Positions 49,160 through 58,895 of a DNA stretch of 64,000 nucleotides are shown piece after piece (the stretch's first letter is position 1; each line of letters begins with the position of its first letter). The DNA is from Selenomonas sp. (GTDB lineage Bacteria; Bacillota; Negativicutes; Selenomonadales; Selenomonadaceae). A model generated the notes under the pieces. The model was not told where the DNA came from, did not search any database, and saw only the letters and a list, made by a program, of their open reading frames with translations. The stretch lies in NCBI RefSeq assembly GCF_022771645.1, contig NZ_JALFCU010000080.1:26495-90494 (forward strand). Direction: 5' to 3'. Both the position numbers and the translations under genes were made by a program.

Positions 49160-49391
49160 GCGGCCAATCACGGTCGAACGTGTAGGTTTAGATGAAAAAA
49201 CGGTTGCAAAACTCAACGAATACAAATTATTAACGAACACGTTACATAGCTTTTACTTTATTCACAATGGAAAACGTTATATTATGACTCGTAAGGACAA
49301 GCTATCCCACTTCTACTTACACGGCATGTGTTCCATCCCATCCGCATGCCGGACACATTCTTTACTCAATTTTACAACATATTTCCTAGGC

Positions 49392-49469
49392 AAAAGCCCG
49401 CTGGTCGTTCCCAAGCCAGCGGGCTTTTGCTATCTCGGAGGAGGCGTAACGAAACGTTACGCCTCCTCC
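49392..49469 (-). terminator. Two consecutive hairpin terminators after the dCache-GGDEF gene (the first includes the stop codon)
   Basis: The hairpins are GGAGGAGGCGTAACGtttCGTTACGCCTCCTCC (49437-49469) and AAAAGCCCGCTGG..CCAGCGGGCTTTT (49392-49427, bidirectional). Confidence 0.65.
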
Positions 49470-51040
49470 GTTTTCTTTCCATTTGTCACTACATATCTCC
49501 TCCGTCCGTTCTGCTTCGCGACATACATCGCTGCGTCTGCGAGCTGGACGAGGTCGTCGACAGTGCGCGCGTCCGTCGGGTAGCGCGCGATGCCGATGCT
49601 GGCGGAGACGTGCGCCTCGATGTCGCCGCCCGCGAGGCGGAACGGCTGCTCGAGGCTGTCGATGACGGCCTGGCCTTTCTGCTCGATCTCGAGGTCGTTC
49701 GCGCCCGGCAGGAACATGAGGAACTCGTCGCCGCCGAGGCGGCAGACGATCTCCGTGCGCCCGGCAATGGCGATGAGGCGGCGGCCGACCTCGATGAGGA
49801 GCTCGTCGCCGGCTGCGTGGCCGTACGTGTCATTGACTTCCTTGAATTTGTCAAGATCGATGAAGAACAGCGCCGCGAGACGGTCTTTGCCATAGGCCTC
49901 GACGAGCACGCGGCGTGCCGTGTTCATGAAGTGGCGACGGTTTGGCAGGCCCGTGAGGCTGTCGTGGTACGCCATGGCTTGGATCTTGTGCGCGGCGGCC
50001 TGCTGCTTTTCCTGCGCGCAGACGAGGAGGTCGATCATGTGGTTGAGGTTTTTCGCGATGTCGCCGAGCTCGTCCGTGCCGTGGTACTCAAAGCGCTGGC
50101 TGTAGTCGCCCTGCCCGACGAGGCGGATGACCTGACCAGCGCGCAGGAAACCGTGCGTCACGCGGCGGTTCATGGAGTAGAGCACGGCGATGGCGATGAG
50201 CGCGATGATGATGCCGAGCACGAGCGTGCGCTGCAGGATGGACGTCACGGGCGCGAGCGCCGCGTCGTAATCGCGCACGAGCATGAGGCTCCAATGCACG
50301 TTGATCTCCGGGATATCAATCGTCTGATAGACGCCGATGAGGCGCCGCCCGTCGTCCATCGTGAACAGGCCGCCGTCCTGCGCCCCTGCGAGCACGTCTC
50401 CCACGTCGTCCGCGTCCCTGCCGTCCGGCGCGGCGATGATATTCTGTCCGTTGTCGAGGAGATAGACCTCGCAGTCCGGGTCGCTGTTCGCTGACTGGAT
50501 GAGGTTCTTGAGGTCTGTCGTGCGGATGTCGGCCATGATGAGGCCGACGGGATTGCGCGAGGCGTCAAAAATGCCTTTCGTAATCGTCACGATGTCGTTG
50601 CCCGTCGAACGCGACACGTAGACGTCGCTGATCGCGCCGTGGTGCGTGCGCTTGAAATCCTGGAACCACGCGCGGTCGCCACGCGGCCCGCCTTCGCCCC
50701 ACGAGCGCGCGATCTGGTCGCCGTTCATATCGACGGTCGACAGCAGCTCGTAGTGCGGATGATTGCGCGCCGTCTTGAGCAGAATGAACTGCTGCTGCTC
50801 GACCGGTCGCTCCATGATGTCCGGATAGTCGGCGAGCATGCCGATGACCTCGTCCTCGGCGCGGATGTTGCGCTCGATGTGCGCGGCGAGGATGTGCGTG
50901 AGCTGGCTGTCGCCCGTGCGGATTTTCTGCTCATAGTAGCCGACGACCGCCAGGTGCACGATGCCCATGAACGCCAACACCGTCGCGAACAGCGCGGCGC
51001 TGACGACAAATGTATATTTTTCGTTGATGGAGACCTTCAT
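49457..51040 (-). CDS. Membrane diguanylate cyclase: Cache-like sensor + HAMP + GGDEF
   Basis: An N-terminal TM, a periplasmic roughly 250-aa domain, a second TM and a HAMP domain precede AYHDSLTGLPNRRHF...RLGGDEFLMFL. Confidence 0.8.
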   Translation of the reverse strand: MKVSINEKYTFVVSAALFATVLAFMGIVHLAVVGYYEQKIRTGDSQLTHILAAHIERNIRAEDEVIGMLADYPDIMERPVEQQQFILLKTARNHPHYELLSTVDMNGDQIARSWGEGGPRGDRAWFQDFKRTHHGAISDVYVSRSTGNDIVTITKGIFDASRNPVGLIMADIRTTDLKNLIQSANSDPDCEVYLLDNGQNIIAAPDGRDADDVGDVLAGAQDGGLFTMDDGRRLIGVYQTIDIPEINVHWSLMLVRDYDAALAPVTSILQRTLVLGIIIALIAIAVLYSMNRRVTHGFLRAGQVIRLVGQGDYSQRFEYHGTDELGDIAKNLNHMIDLLVCAQEKQQAAAHKIQAMAYHDSLTGLPNRRHFMNTARRVLVEAYGKDRLAALFFIDLDKFKEVNDTYGHAAGDELLIEVGRRLIAIAGRTEIVCRLGGDEFLMFLPGANDLEIEQKGQAVIDSLEQPFRLAGGDIEAHVSASIGIARYPTDARTVDDLVQLADAAMYVAKQNGRRRYVVTNGKKTEEA

Positions 51041-51113
51041 CCCGTATCACCCCAAAGATATGGACGAGCTTCCCAAATTCCCCTGTTTTGTTCTCTTCCA
51101 TTATAACACAGTT

Positions 51114-52970
51114 TTATCTTTTTTTGTCGTTCTCTCCTGTGTTTTCTTTTGTAGTGTTCGACGCGTCTACACTCTTTTCCTCTTTTTGTTTTTTCCGCGC
51201 TTCCGCTGCCTCTTTCTCCGCATCCGCGCGCGCCTTCCGAACCTTGTCGTAGGCGTCCGCATCGATTTCTTTCAAATATTCGTCGGGAATGCGAGCCGCC
51301 GCCTTCGGCGCGAGGTCATAGAACGCGCGGTAATCTGCGAGCGCATTCGCGCGGTCGCCCTCTTCGTCGTAGAGCATCGCACGCAGGAGGCGCGCCGTGG
51401 CGTTCCGTTCGTCGACGGCGATGCCCTGCGCAGCAGAGTCGATGGCGCTGGCGCGGTCGCCTTGCATCCAATAGATGTCGGCGCGGTTGAGGAAATTGTA
51501 GACGTTCGCCGGGTCTTCCGCGCAGGCCGCGTCCGCGCAGGCGAGGCCGCCCGTGAAATCACCGCTGACGGCGAGCGCGCGCCCCTGAATCCCGAGCGTC
51601 TCGGCGTGGTCGTCGAGGTTCGGCGAGGCGAGCGCGCGGTCGATCATCAGGCGCGCCTTCTCTGCATCGCCCGCATCGCTGTAGCGGTCGCTGTTCTCGC
51701 GCATGCGCTTCGTCTGCGACGCGGTCGCGTTCGCAGCCTTGTCGTAGGCCGCCGCAAGTTCCGCGCGTTCTTTCGCCTCCGCCTCCTCGAGCTTCTGGCG
51801 CGCGCCCGTGGCCGCTTCGCCCGCATATGCCGCCGTCACGAGGCGCACGAGCTCGGCTTTGAGATTCTGCTGGCGCACGGCGGCCGTGAGCAGCGGCGCT
51901 TTCGCGTGCTCCCAGTCGCCTGCGGCATCAAGCGCCCAGCCCACAGGCGACGCATAGTCGTGGAACAGCCGCCCAAGCTCGCCGGCATAGAGATACGCGC
52001 TTTCCGCCGTGTTGTCGTAGTCCTCGGCCGTGAACGCGCCCTCGAGGAACGGCACGCCGTCGATGCAGACGGTCTTGCGGTCTTTCACGGTCACGTGACC
52101 CGCGCTGTACGCCGTCAGCTGCTCCATGAGCCGCGCCTCGCGGAGTTCCGTGTCGGGATGGTCGTTGTAGTTTTCCTTTTTCTTCTCGTCGGGGTCTTGG
52201 TACTCGAGGAAGTTCTCCGACTGCTCGCGCAGGTACGCGCCCATGCGCGCCATGGCCGCCGCACCGCCGCCCGGGTTGAAGCCCGCGCGCGCCATGATGC
52301 GGAAGCCCCCGGCGTCGGCCTCGTACTCCGTCGGCAGCGTGAACATTTTTGCTGACGAATACACGGTCAGCTTCATGAGCTGCTGCCAGTCCATGACGCC
52401 CGTCGCCATGTTGAGGAGCGACAGGCCGTAGTACGTCGCCATCGTCTTCGCGTAGACTTCGGCGCTGTGATGCGCGAGGCCGTGCGTCATCTCGTGGCCG
52501 AGCACGGCCGCGATCTCGTTTTCGTTATCGAGAATGCGCACGAGGCCGCGGTTCACGGCGATGAAATCCGTCGGATAGCACGCCGCATTGAAGAGCGGAT
52601 CGTCATTGACGTGCCACGTAAACGGCAGCGCGTCCGCCGGCAGCACGAAGACGTCCGGCTGCGTCAGCCGCGCCATGACGCCGTCTACGACCTGCACGTC
52701 GCGCGCGTTGCGATCCGTGCCGCTTGCCTGGATGTCCTGCCAGAGGCTCTGCTGCTGGTACGCTGCGTTGTTGCCGACGTCGAGCATCATCGACAGGCTC
52801 GACTTATACGCGATGAGTCCCGAGAGCGCCGACGCCGCCACGCCCCAGCCCGTGTCGCTCATCGCATGAGCCACCGGCGCAGCGCCTCCCGTCATACCCA
52901 TAAACAAAACGGCCACCACAAACTGCGAAACCCGTTTCTTCCACGTGATACGCAAAATCTGCCACCCCAC
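51114..52970 (-). CDS. M48-family zinc metallopeptidase with C-terminal TPR repeats and a Lys/Glu-rich tail
   Basis: The HExxH motif is VLGHEMTHGLAHH. The signal/anchor is FVVAVLFMGMTGGAAPVAHA. The C-terminal half is TPR-like. GTG start as in the track. Confidence 0.75.
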   Translation of the reverse strand: MGWQILRITWKKRVSQFVVAVLFMGMTGGAAPVAHAMSDTGWGVAASALSGLIAYKSSLSMMLDVGNNAAYQQQSLWQDIQASGTDRNARDVQVVDGVMARLTQPDVFVLPADALPFTWHVNDDPLFNAACYPTDFIAVNRGLVRILDNENEIAAVLGHEMTHGLAHHSAEVYAKTMATYYGLSLLNMATGVMDWQQLMKLTVYSSAKMFTLPTEYEADAGGFRIMARAGFNPGGGAAAMARMGAYLREQSENFLEYQDPDEKKKENYNDHPDTELREARLMEQLTAYSAGHVTVKDRKTVCIDGVPFLEGAFTAEDYDNTAESAYLYAGELGRLFHDYASPVGWALDAAGDWEHAKAPLLTAAVRQQNLKAELVRLVTAAYAGEAATGARQKLEEAEAKERAELAAAYDKAANATASQTKRMRENSDRYSDAGDAEKARLMIDRALASPNLDDHAETLGIQGRALAVSGDFTGGLACADAACAEDPANVYNFLNRADIYWMQGDRASAIDSAAQGIAVDERNATARLLRAMLYDEEGDRANALADYRAFYDLAPKAAARIPDEYLKEIDADAYDKVRKARADAEKEAAEARKKQKEEKSVDASNTTKENTGENDKKR

Positions 52971-53075
52971 TCATACATTCGAATTTCCACGTAGTTTAGC
53001 ATACTTGCATGAAAATCTATCGACAAATTGCAAATTCGCATCCGCTGCATTCCTGACGATACGCTTTCGAAACAC

Positions 53076-53101
53076 AAAAACAGGGAGCCGTACGCTCCCT
53101 G
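53076..53101 (-). terminator. Rho-independent terminator after rnfB
   Basis: Minus strand has CAGGGAGCgtacgGCTCCCTG followed by TTTTTGTG. Confidence 0.7.
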
Positions 53102-53122
53102 TTGCTTGTGTGGATGGTATTG

Positions 53123-53971
53123 TCACGACGCGACGGCGTCGGTGGATTTTTCGGTCGCGACGGCTTCGCGAATGGCCCCGGTCGGGCATTTGGCGAGGCA
53201 CGTTGCTTCGGTGCAGCCGCTCGCTTTGCAGACGGCGGGGTCGACGACGGCGAGGAAGTTTTGGATTTTGATCGCGCCGTGCGGGCAGTTTCGCATGCAG
53301 AGGCCGCAGCCGAGGCAGGCGTTCGGGCAGGCCTTTTTCGCAGCCGGGCCTTTTGCGTGCGACTGGCAATGCACGGCGACGGGGGCGGAGACGGGCAGGA
53401 GCGTCATGACGCCTTGCGGGCAGGTCTCCTGGCATTTGCCGCAGCCGGTGCAGGCGTAGGTGTCGACTTCGGGCAGGCCGTTCGGTCCCATATGGAGCGC
53501 GTCGAACGGACACGCGGCGACACAGCTGCCGTAGCCGAGGCAGCCGTATTTGCAGGCTTTCGGGCCGCCGGCCGCGAGCTTCGCGGCGGCGCAGTCATGG
53601 ATGCCCTCGTAGCGTGCCGCTTGCTTGGCGTTGCAGCCGCCCTGGCAGAGGACGTGTGCTTTGCGTTCTTCGACGGCGCCCGCGCTTTTTCCCGTAAGTT
53701 CGGCGACTTTCGCCGCGACGGCGGCTTTGCCGGGGACGCAGAGATTCGGCGGGACGTCGGGATTTTCCACGACGGCTTCGGCGTATTTCGCGCAACCCGC
53801 GAAGCCGCACGCGCCGCACTGGCCTTTCGGCAGGATGTCCTCGACTTCGTCGATCAGCGGGTTCTGCTGCATGTAGAATTTTTTGTCTGCGAGCGCGAGC
53901 ACGATGCCGAAGAAGGCGCCGACGCCGACGAGCACGAGGATGATCGCAACAGAGGTTTCTGCAGTAGTCAC
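53123..53971 (-). CDS. rnfB: Rnf complex subunit B (polyferredoxin)
   Basis: N-terminal TM, then GQCGACGFAGCAKYAEAV and multiple CxxCxxCxxxC motifs. GTG start 10 nt after AAGGAGG. Confidence 0.85.
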   Translation of the reverse strand: MTTAETSVAIILVLVGVGAFFGIVLALADKKFYMQQNPLIDEVEDILPKGQCGACGFAGCAKYAEAVVENPDVPPNLCVPGKAAVAAKVAELTGKSAGAVEERKAHVLCQGGCNAKQAARYEGIHDCAAAKLAAGGPKACKYGCLGYGSCVAACPFDALHMGPNGLPEVDTYACTGCGKCQETCPQGVMTLLPVSAPVAVHCQSHAKGPAAKKACPNACLGCGLCMRNCPHGAIKIQNFLAVVDPAVCKASGCTEATCLAKCPTGAIREAVATEKSTDAVAS

Positions 53972-53986
53972 TTTTTCACAGCCTCC

Positions 53987-54562
53987 TTACATCATGCCCG
54001 AGAATCCGAGGAACGCGAGCGACAGCATGCCGGCGAGCAGGAACGCGATGCCGATGCCTTCTAAAGGTTTCGGCACGTTCGCGTAGGCGAGCTTTTCTCT
54101 GAGGCTCGCCATGAGGATGATGGCGAGCGCGAAGCCGAGGCCGGAGCCGATGGCGAAGACGATGGATTTCAGCAGGCTGTAGCTGTTCTCGACGTTCAGC
54201 AGCGGCACGGCGAGCACGATGCAGTTCGTCGCGATGAGCAGGAGGTAGATGCCCCACATGTTGTAGAGCGTTGGCGCCTGCTTCTTGATGATGAGCTCGA
54301 GGAGCTGCACGAAGCTCGCCGTCAAGATGACGAAGACGATCGTCGTGAGGAACGTGAGGCCTAAAGGCGCGAGGACGAAATTGTAGACGATCCACGCGAG
54401 GATGGAGCTCATCGTCATGACGGCCGTGACGGCGACGCCCATGCCCGCGGACGCGCTGAGATTCTTCGAGATGCCGAAGAAAATACAGAGGCCGAGGAAT
54501 TTCGTGAGGACGAAGTTGTTGATGACGACGGCGCTCACGAAGAGGGTCAAGTATTCAGCCAT
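53987..54562 (-). CDS. rnfA: Rnf complex subunit A
   Basis: MAEYLTLFVSAVVINNFVLTKFLGLC is the canonical RnfA/NqrE-like N-terminus. Confidence 0.9.
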   Translation of the reverse strand: MAEYLTLFVSAVVINNFVLTKFLGLCIFFGISKNLSASAGMGVAVTAVMTMSSILAWIVYNFVLAPLGLTFLTTIVFVILTASFVQLLELIIKKQAPTLYNMWGIYLLLIATNCIVLAVPLLNVENSYSLLKSIVFAIGSGLGFALAIILMASLREKLAYANVPKPLEGIGIAFLLAGMLSLAFLGFSGMM

Positions 54563-54565
54563 CCG

Positions 54566-55234
54566 TCAGCCCTCCTTTCCTGCGGCTTCCGCTGCTTTTG
54601 CTGCCGCAATACGCGCGGCTTTTGCGCGCTGTTGTTCTTTGTGGCGGTTCCATGTTTTCGTCGCGGCGACGAGGTAGCCGATGAGCATGAATGCGCCGGG
54701 CGGCAGCACCATCATGAGCATGGGCTGGTAGTCCGCGCCGAACACGGGGACGCCGCAGATCGTGCCGGCGCCGAGGAGCTCGCGGATGACGGAGATCGTC
54801 AGCATGGCGAGCGTGAAGCCGCAGCCCATGCCGAAGCCGTCGCAGAATGACTCGACGACGCCGTGCTTCGAGGCGAAGACTTCGGCGCGCGCGAGGATGA
54901 TCGCGAAGACGACGACGAGCGCGAGGTAGATGCCGAGCGCATCGTAGAGGTCGGGGAAATACGCCTGCAGGACGAGCTGCGCGACCGTGACGATCGTCGC
55001 GATGCTCGTGATGTAGACCGGCACGCGGACTTTCTGGTTCACCCAACGGCGCACGAGGCTGACGACGACGTTGTTCGTCGTGATGACGAACGTGACCGTC
55101 AGGCCCATCGTCAGGCCGTTGATGACCGTCGTCGTGACGGCGAGCGCCGGGCAGAGCGAGAGCGCGAGGATGAAGATCGGGTTCTCCGCGAGGAGGCCTT
55201 TGCTGAAAATCTGCCAGAGGCTTTTCTGTTCCAT
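54566..55234 (-). CDS. rnfE: Rnf complex subunit E
   Basis: GLLAENPIFILALSLCPALAVTT matches the RnfE/NqrD-like pattern. Confidence 0.9.
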   Translation of the reverse strand: MEQKSLWQIFSKGLLAENPIFILALSLCPALAVTTTVINGLTMGLTVTFVITTNNVVVSLVRRWVNQKVRVPVYITSIATIVTVAQLVLQAYFPDLYDALGIYLALVVVFAIILARAEVFASKHGVVESFCDGFGMGCGFTLAMLTISVIRELLGAGTICGVPVFGADYQPMLMMVLPPGAFMLIGYLVAATKTWNRHKEQQRAKAARIAAAKAAEAAGKEG

Positions 55235-55237
55235 GAC

Positions 55238-55795
55238 TCAACGCCCCCCGTCCGCAAGATAGCTGGAGACGGCCGTCACGGCGGTCTTCACGCCGCGCGT
55301 GACGGCGCGCGAGGAAATCGTCGCGCCCGTCATGGCCTGCACGTCTTCCGTGTTGTTCTTGTCCTTCGTGACGATGAGGTGCGCCGCGTCCTTGCCGCGG
55401 ATCTTGCCGCGGAACGGCTCTTTCGCCGCGTTGTCGCCGAGGCCCGGCGTCTCATTGTGTGCCAAAATTTTATAGTCGATGACGTGCTCGTCCGGCGTGA
55501 TGGCGACGAGCAGCTTGATCTCGCCGCCGTAGCCCTTCGTCTGCGCCGGCACGATGTAGCCGATGGCCTGGCCGCCCTGTTCCGCGCGGTACCAGCCCTG
55601 CTGGCTGTCGATCTCGGCGAAATGGTCGGCCTGCGGCACGAGCTCTTTCAGCGCGTTCTCTTTGCGCTCGATGGCTTTCTGCGCCGCGACCGGGGCCGTG
55701 ACGAAATAGACGGCGCCGATGACGAGGCCGGAAATGAAGCACGCCGCCATGAGGTTCGTGGCGATTTTGAAAATGGTGTTCTGCGAATCGCTCAT
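55238..55795 (-). CDS. rnfG: Rnf complex subunit G (FMN-binding)
   Basis: GYGGEIKLLVAI...ETPGLG...VQAMTGATISSRAV contains the FMN attachment motif TGAT(I)S. Confidence 0.85.
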   Translation of the reverse strand: MSDSQNTIFKIATNLMAACFISGLVIGAVYFVTAPVAAQKAIERKENALKELVPQADHFAEIDSQQGWYRAEQGGQAIGYIVPAQTKGYGGEIKLLVAITPDEHVIDYKILAHNETPGLGDNAAKEPFRGKIRGKDAAHLIVTKDKNNTEDVQAMTGATISSRAVTRGVKTAVTAVSSYLADGGR

Positions 55796-56877
55796 TTCGC
55801 CGCGCCCCCTTTCTTGACTTCGCCAAACATACGAGGCTTCACGAAACGGTCGATGAGCGGCGTGACGGCGTTCATGAGCAAGAGAGCATAGCAGACGCCC
55901 TCGGGATAGCCGCCGAGCAGGCGGATGAGGACCGTGAGAGCCCCCGCGCCCGCCGCGAAAATCACTTGGCCTTTCACCGTCATCGGGATCGTGACCATGT
56001 CCGTCGCCATGAAGAACGCGCCGAGCATGAGGCCGCCCGCCATGAGGTGGAAGATCGGGTCGCCTGTGAAAAGGCCGCTAGGGCCGAACACCCACGTCAG
56101 CACGGCGACCGTCGCGAGCATGACGGCCGGCACAACCCAGTTCACATAGCCTTTGTAGATGAGGTACAGGCCGCCGAGCAAGAGGAAGATCGTGCTCGTC
56201 TCGCCGAGGCTGCCGTTGCGGTTGCCGAGGAGCATCGCCTGGTACATCGCGCCCTGCCCGCCGAACATCTGGACGACCGCGTCGTATCCCTGCATCTTCA
56301 AGACGTTCAGCGGCGTCGCCGTCGCCATCGCGTCGACGGAGGCCTCGCCCGCGAGCGTCGTCCACGTCGTCATCGCGACGGGCCACGACACCATGAGCGC
56401 GGCGCGGCCGATGTGCGCGGGGTTGAAAATATTGAACCCGAGGCCGCCCATGGACTGCTTCGCGATGATGATGGCGATCGCGCTGCCGATGGCGACCATC
56501 CACGGCGGCAGGATCGGCGACATCGACATCGCGAGCAGGAGGCCCGTGATACACGCGCTGCCGTCGAACGCCGTGACGGGCTGGTGCATGGCTTTTTGCC
56601 AGATGTATTCTGCGGCGACGGCCGCGATGATGCCGACGGCCATGTTGATGAGCGCCGGCACGCCGAAATGGTAAATCGCGAACAGCGCCGCCGGCGCGAG
56701 CGCGGCGTTCACCTGCCACATGATGTGCGTGACGGTTTCGCCGTCGCGGATGTGCGGGGACGAGGAGACCGTGAACATGAGTTCCGGCTTCGGTTCAGGT
56801 TTCGGGACGGCAGGCTTCGCCGGCGCTTTCGGTGCTGGCGCTGCCGTCGCGGTTGTCGTTTTCGTTTCTTCGCTCAC
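55792..56877 (-). CDS. rnfD: Rnf complex subunit D
   Basis: VSSSPHIRDGE... polytopic membrane protein. I favour the GTG at 56877 (GTGA overlap with the rnfC stop, AAGGAGG 10 nt upstream). That adds a 33-aa Thr/Ala/Pro/Lys-rich extension; the alternative ATG at 56778 has no SD. Confidence 0.8.
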   Translation of the reverse strand: MSEETKTTTATAAPAPKAPAKPAVPKPEPKPELMFTVSSSPHIRDGETVTHIMWQVNAALAPAALFAIYHFGVPALINMAVGIIAAVAAEYIWQKAMHQPVTAFDGSACITGLLLAMSMSPILPPWMVAIGSAIAIIIAKQSMGGLGFNIFNPAHIGRAALMVSWPVAMTTWTTLAGEASVDAMATATPLNVLKMQGYDAVVQMFGGQGAMYQAMLLGNRNGSLGETSTIFLLLGGLYLIYKGYVNWVVPAVMLATVAVLTWVFGPSGLFTGDPIFHLMAGGLMLGAFFMATDMVTIPMTVKGQVIFAAGAGALTVLIRLLGGYPEGVCYALLLMNAVTPLIDRFVKPRMFGEVKKGGAAK

Positions 56878-58262
56878 GCTTTTGCCGCCTCCTTTTTCTG
56901 CGCCGCCGCTTGCGCTTTGGCTTTTTCTTTGGCCGCGAGCGCCTTGACGGCGCCCTTCGTCACGCGGATGTATTGTACGATGTTGCGCTTCGCGGGGCAG
57001 ACGTATGTGCAGCAGCCGCATTCGATGCAGTTCATGACGCCGTAGTCGTCCCGCGCCTTCGTGACGTCCTTGCGCTGGCCGAGGATGGAGAGCATGCTCG
57101 GGATGAGGCCCATCGGGCACGCCTGCACGCAGCGGCCGCAGCGGATGCAGTTGAGCTCCGGGCCGTGCTCCGTGATCTTGCGCGTCAGCGCGAGGATGCC
57201 GGACGAGCCCTTCGTGATCGGCACGTCAAGCGATTCCTGCGCGCGCCCCATCATCGGGCCGCCCGCGAGGATCTTGTCCGGCGTCTCGGAAAAGCCGCCG
57301 CAGTAGTCGATCGCGTCCTGATAGCTCGTGCCGATGCGCACGCGCAAATTTTTCGGCGTTTGGATGGCGTCGCCCGACACCGTCGTGATGCGCTCGATGA
57401 GCGGGATGCCGTGCGCACACGCATCAAAGATCGCCGCCGCCGTGCCGACGTTCTGCACGACCGCGCCCGCGTCCATCGGCAGGCCGCCGAGCGGGACCTC
57501 GCGGCCCGTGACGGCGTAGATGAGCATTTTCTCCGCGCCCTGCGGGTAGCGCGTCGGGAGCGTCACGACCTCGGGCTTTGGAAGCGACTTGTCAAGCGAC
57601 GTGTCCGCCGCGACGAGGGCGTCTGCCGCTTTCGTCAGCGCCTCGACGGCCTCGGGCTTGTTCTCCTCGACGGCGAGCACGACGCGCCGCACGGAGAGCA
57701 CGCGCGCGAGGATGCGCGCGCCTTCCACGACGCGCTCCGGCTCTTCGCGCATGAGCCGGTCGTCCGCCGTGAGGTACGGCTCGCACTCCGCGCCGTTCAG
57801 GATCAGCACGTCGACCGACTTCTTCGGCTGGAGCTTCACGAACGCCGGGAACGTCGCGCCGCCCATGCCGACGATGCCCGCGTCCTTGATCGCCGCGAGC
57901 AGGTCGTCCTTTTCCATCGCATGCCAATCGCGGTCGAGCGGCAGGCCTTCCACCCACTCGTCCGTGCCGTCGCTTTCGATGACGACGGCGCCGTTCTCGA
58001 TTTTCTTCACTTTGCCCGCGACCGACGCGTGAATGTCGGCGTGGAGGAACGCCTCCGTCGTCGCGATGCGCTGCCCGCGGAGCACGCGCTCGCCCGGCTT
58101 CACGCACGGCGCACACGGCGCACCGATGTGCTGCGACAGCGGGATCGCCACCACGCTCGGCGCCGGCATCGCCTCGATCGCCGCGTCCCGCGCGAGCTCC
58201 TTGCCCTCGGTCCCGCCGATGCGGCCGGCCGGATGGATTCCTCCGAAAAACCGCTGGAACAT
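56874..58262 (-). CDS. rnfC: Rnf complex subunit C (NADH-binding, 2x4Fe-4S)
   Basis: MFQRFFGGIHP...GMGGATFPAFVKL...CIRCGRCVQACP...CIECGCCTYVCP, with a Lys/Ala-rich C-terminal tail. Start trimmed to the ATG at 58262, after GGGGTGA. Confidence 0.9.
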   Translation of the reverse strand: MFQRFFGGIHPAGRIGGTEGKELARDAAIEAMPAPSVVAIPLSQHIGAPCAPCVKPGERVLRGQRIATTEAFLHADIHASVAGKVKKIENGAVVIESDGTDEWVEGLPLDRDWHAMEKDDLLAAIKDAGIVGMGGATFPAFVKLQPKKSVDVLILNGAECEPYLTADDRLMREEPERVVEGARILARVLSVRRVVLAVEENKPEAVEALTKAADALVAADTSLDKSLPKPEVVTLPTRYPQGAEKMLIYAVTGREVPLGGLPMDAGAVVQNVGTAAAIFDACAHGIPLIERITTVSGDAIQTPKNLRVRIGTSYQDAIDYCGGFSETPDKILAGGPMMGRAQESLDVPITKGSSGILALTRKITEHGPELNCIRCGRCVQACPMGLIPSMLSILGQRKDVTKARDDYGVMNCIECGCCTYVCPAKRNIVQYIRVTKGAVKALAAKEKAKAQAAAQKKEAAKA

Positions 58263-58512
58263 AACATCACCCCTACCAAAATACGTATCAAGCAAACGCA
58301 GAACCAGCGCGCCCCATCGTGCTGCTTCGCGTTTGTTTTCATCTTACCTTGTTTTATATTCGACACGCCTGCGAAAAATCCTGTTGTTTCTTTTTATGAA
58401 TATTTTATCGTGAAATAGATGGATGTTATCGCATCCATGGATTGCGCGCGCTTTCGTTCCCCCATAAAAACGAGTATAATAGAAGCAACCCAGACGAAAG
58501 GAAGTGCCCGCC

Positions 58513-58816
58513 ATGAAGAACGCTGTCCCCGCCCGTTTCGATCCCGTTCCGATGGAGCTTATCGGCGGCAAGGTCGTCATGATGTCGCCGCGCCGGCGTG
58601 CGCGAGTACTGGCTTGTCTCGCCGCTTGCGCGCACGGTCGAAGTCTACCTGAATCACGACGGCGTCCTCACATTCGACTGCGTCTACGAGGACGTCCCCG
58701 ACTGGGAGCTCGAGCGCATGGACGAGGACGACCGCAAGAACGTCCACATGGACCTCAAAGTATCGCTGTACGACGACCTCATCATTCCCGTGCGGGATAT
58801 TTTTTACAAGATGTGA
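58513..58816 (+). pseudogene. Uma2-family (DUF820) endonuclease remnant with internal deletion and frameshift
   Basis: Frame 1 gives MKNAVPARFDPVPMELIGGKVVMMSP, a Uma2 N-terminus. From about 58598, frame 2 gives EYWLVSPLARTVEVYL..., a Uma2 C-terminus. The roughly 120-aa catalytic middle is absent. Confidence 0.6.
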
Positions 58817-58843
58817 TTTCAGCCATCGATGTTTCTGCATAGC

Positions 58844-58888
58844 AAAACAGCGTGCATCGCATTTCGCGATACACGCTGTTTTTTTTAC
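58844..58888. terminator. Bidirectional terminator between the Uma2 remnant and the alcohol dehydrogenase
   Basis: AACAGCGTG..CACGCTGTT is flanked by A-run and T-run. Confidence 0.7.
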
Positions 58889-58895
58889 ATGGCGG

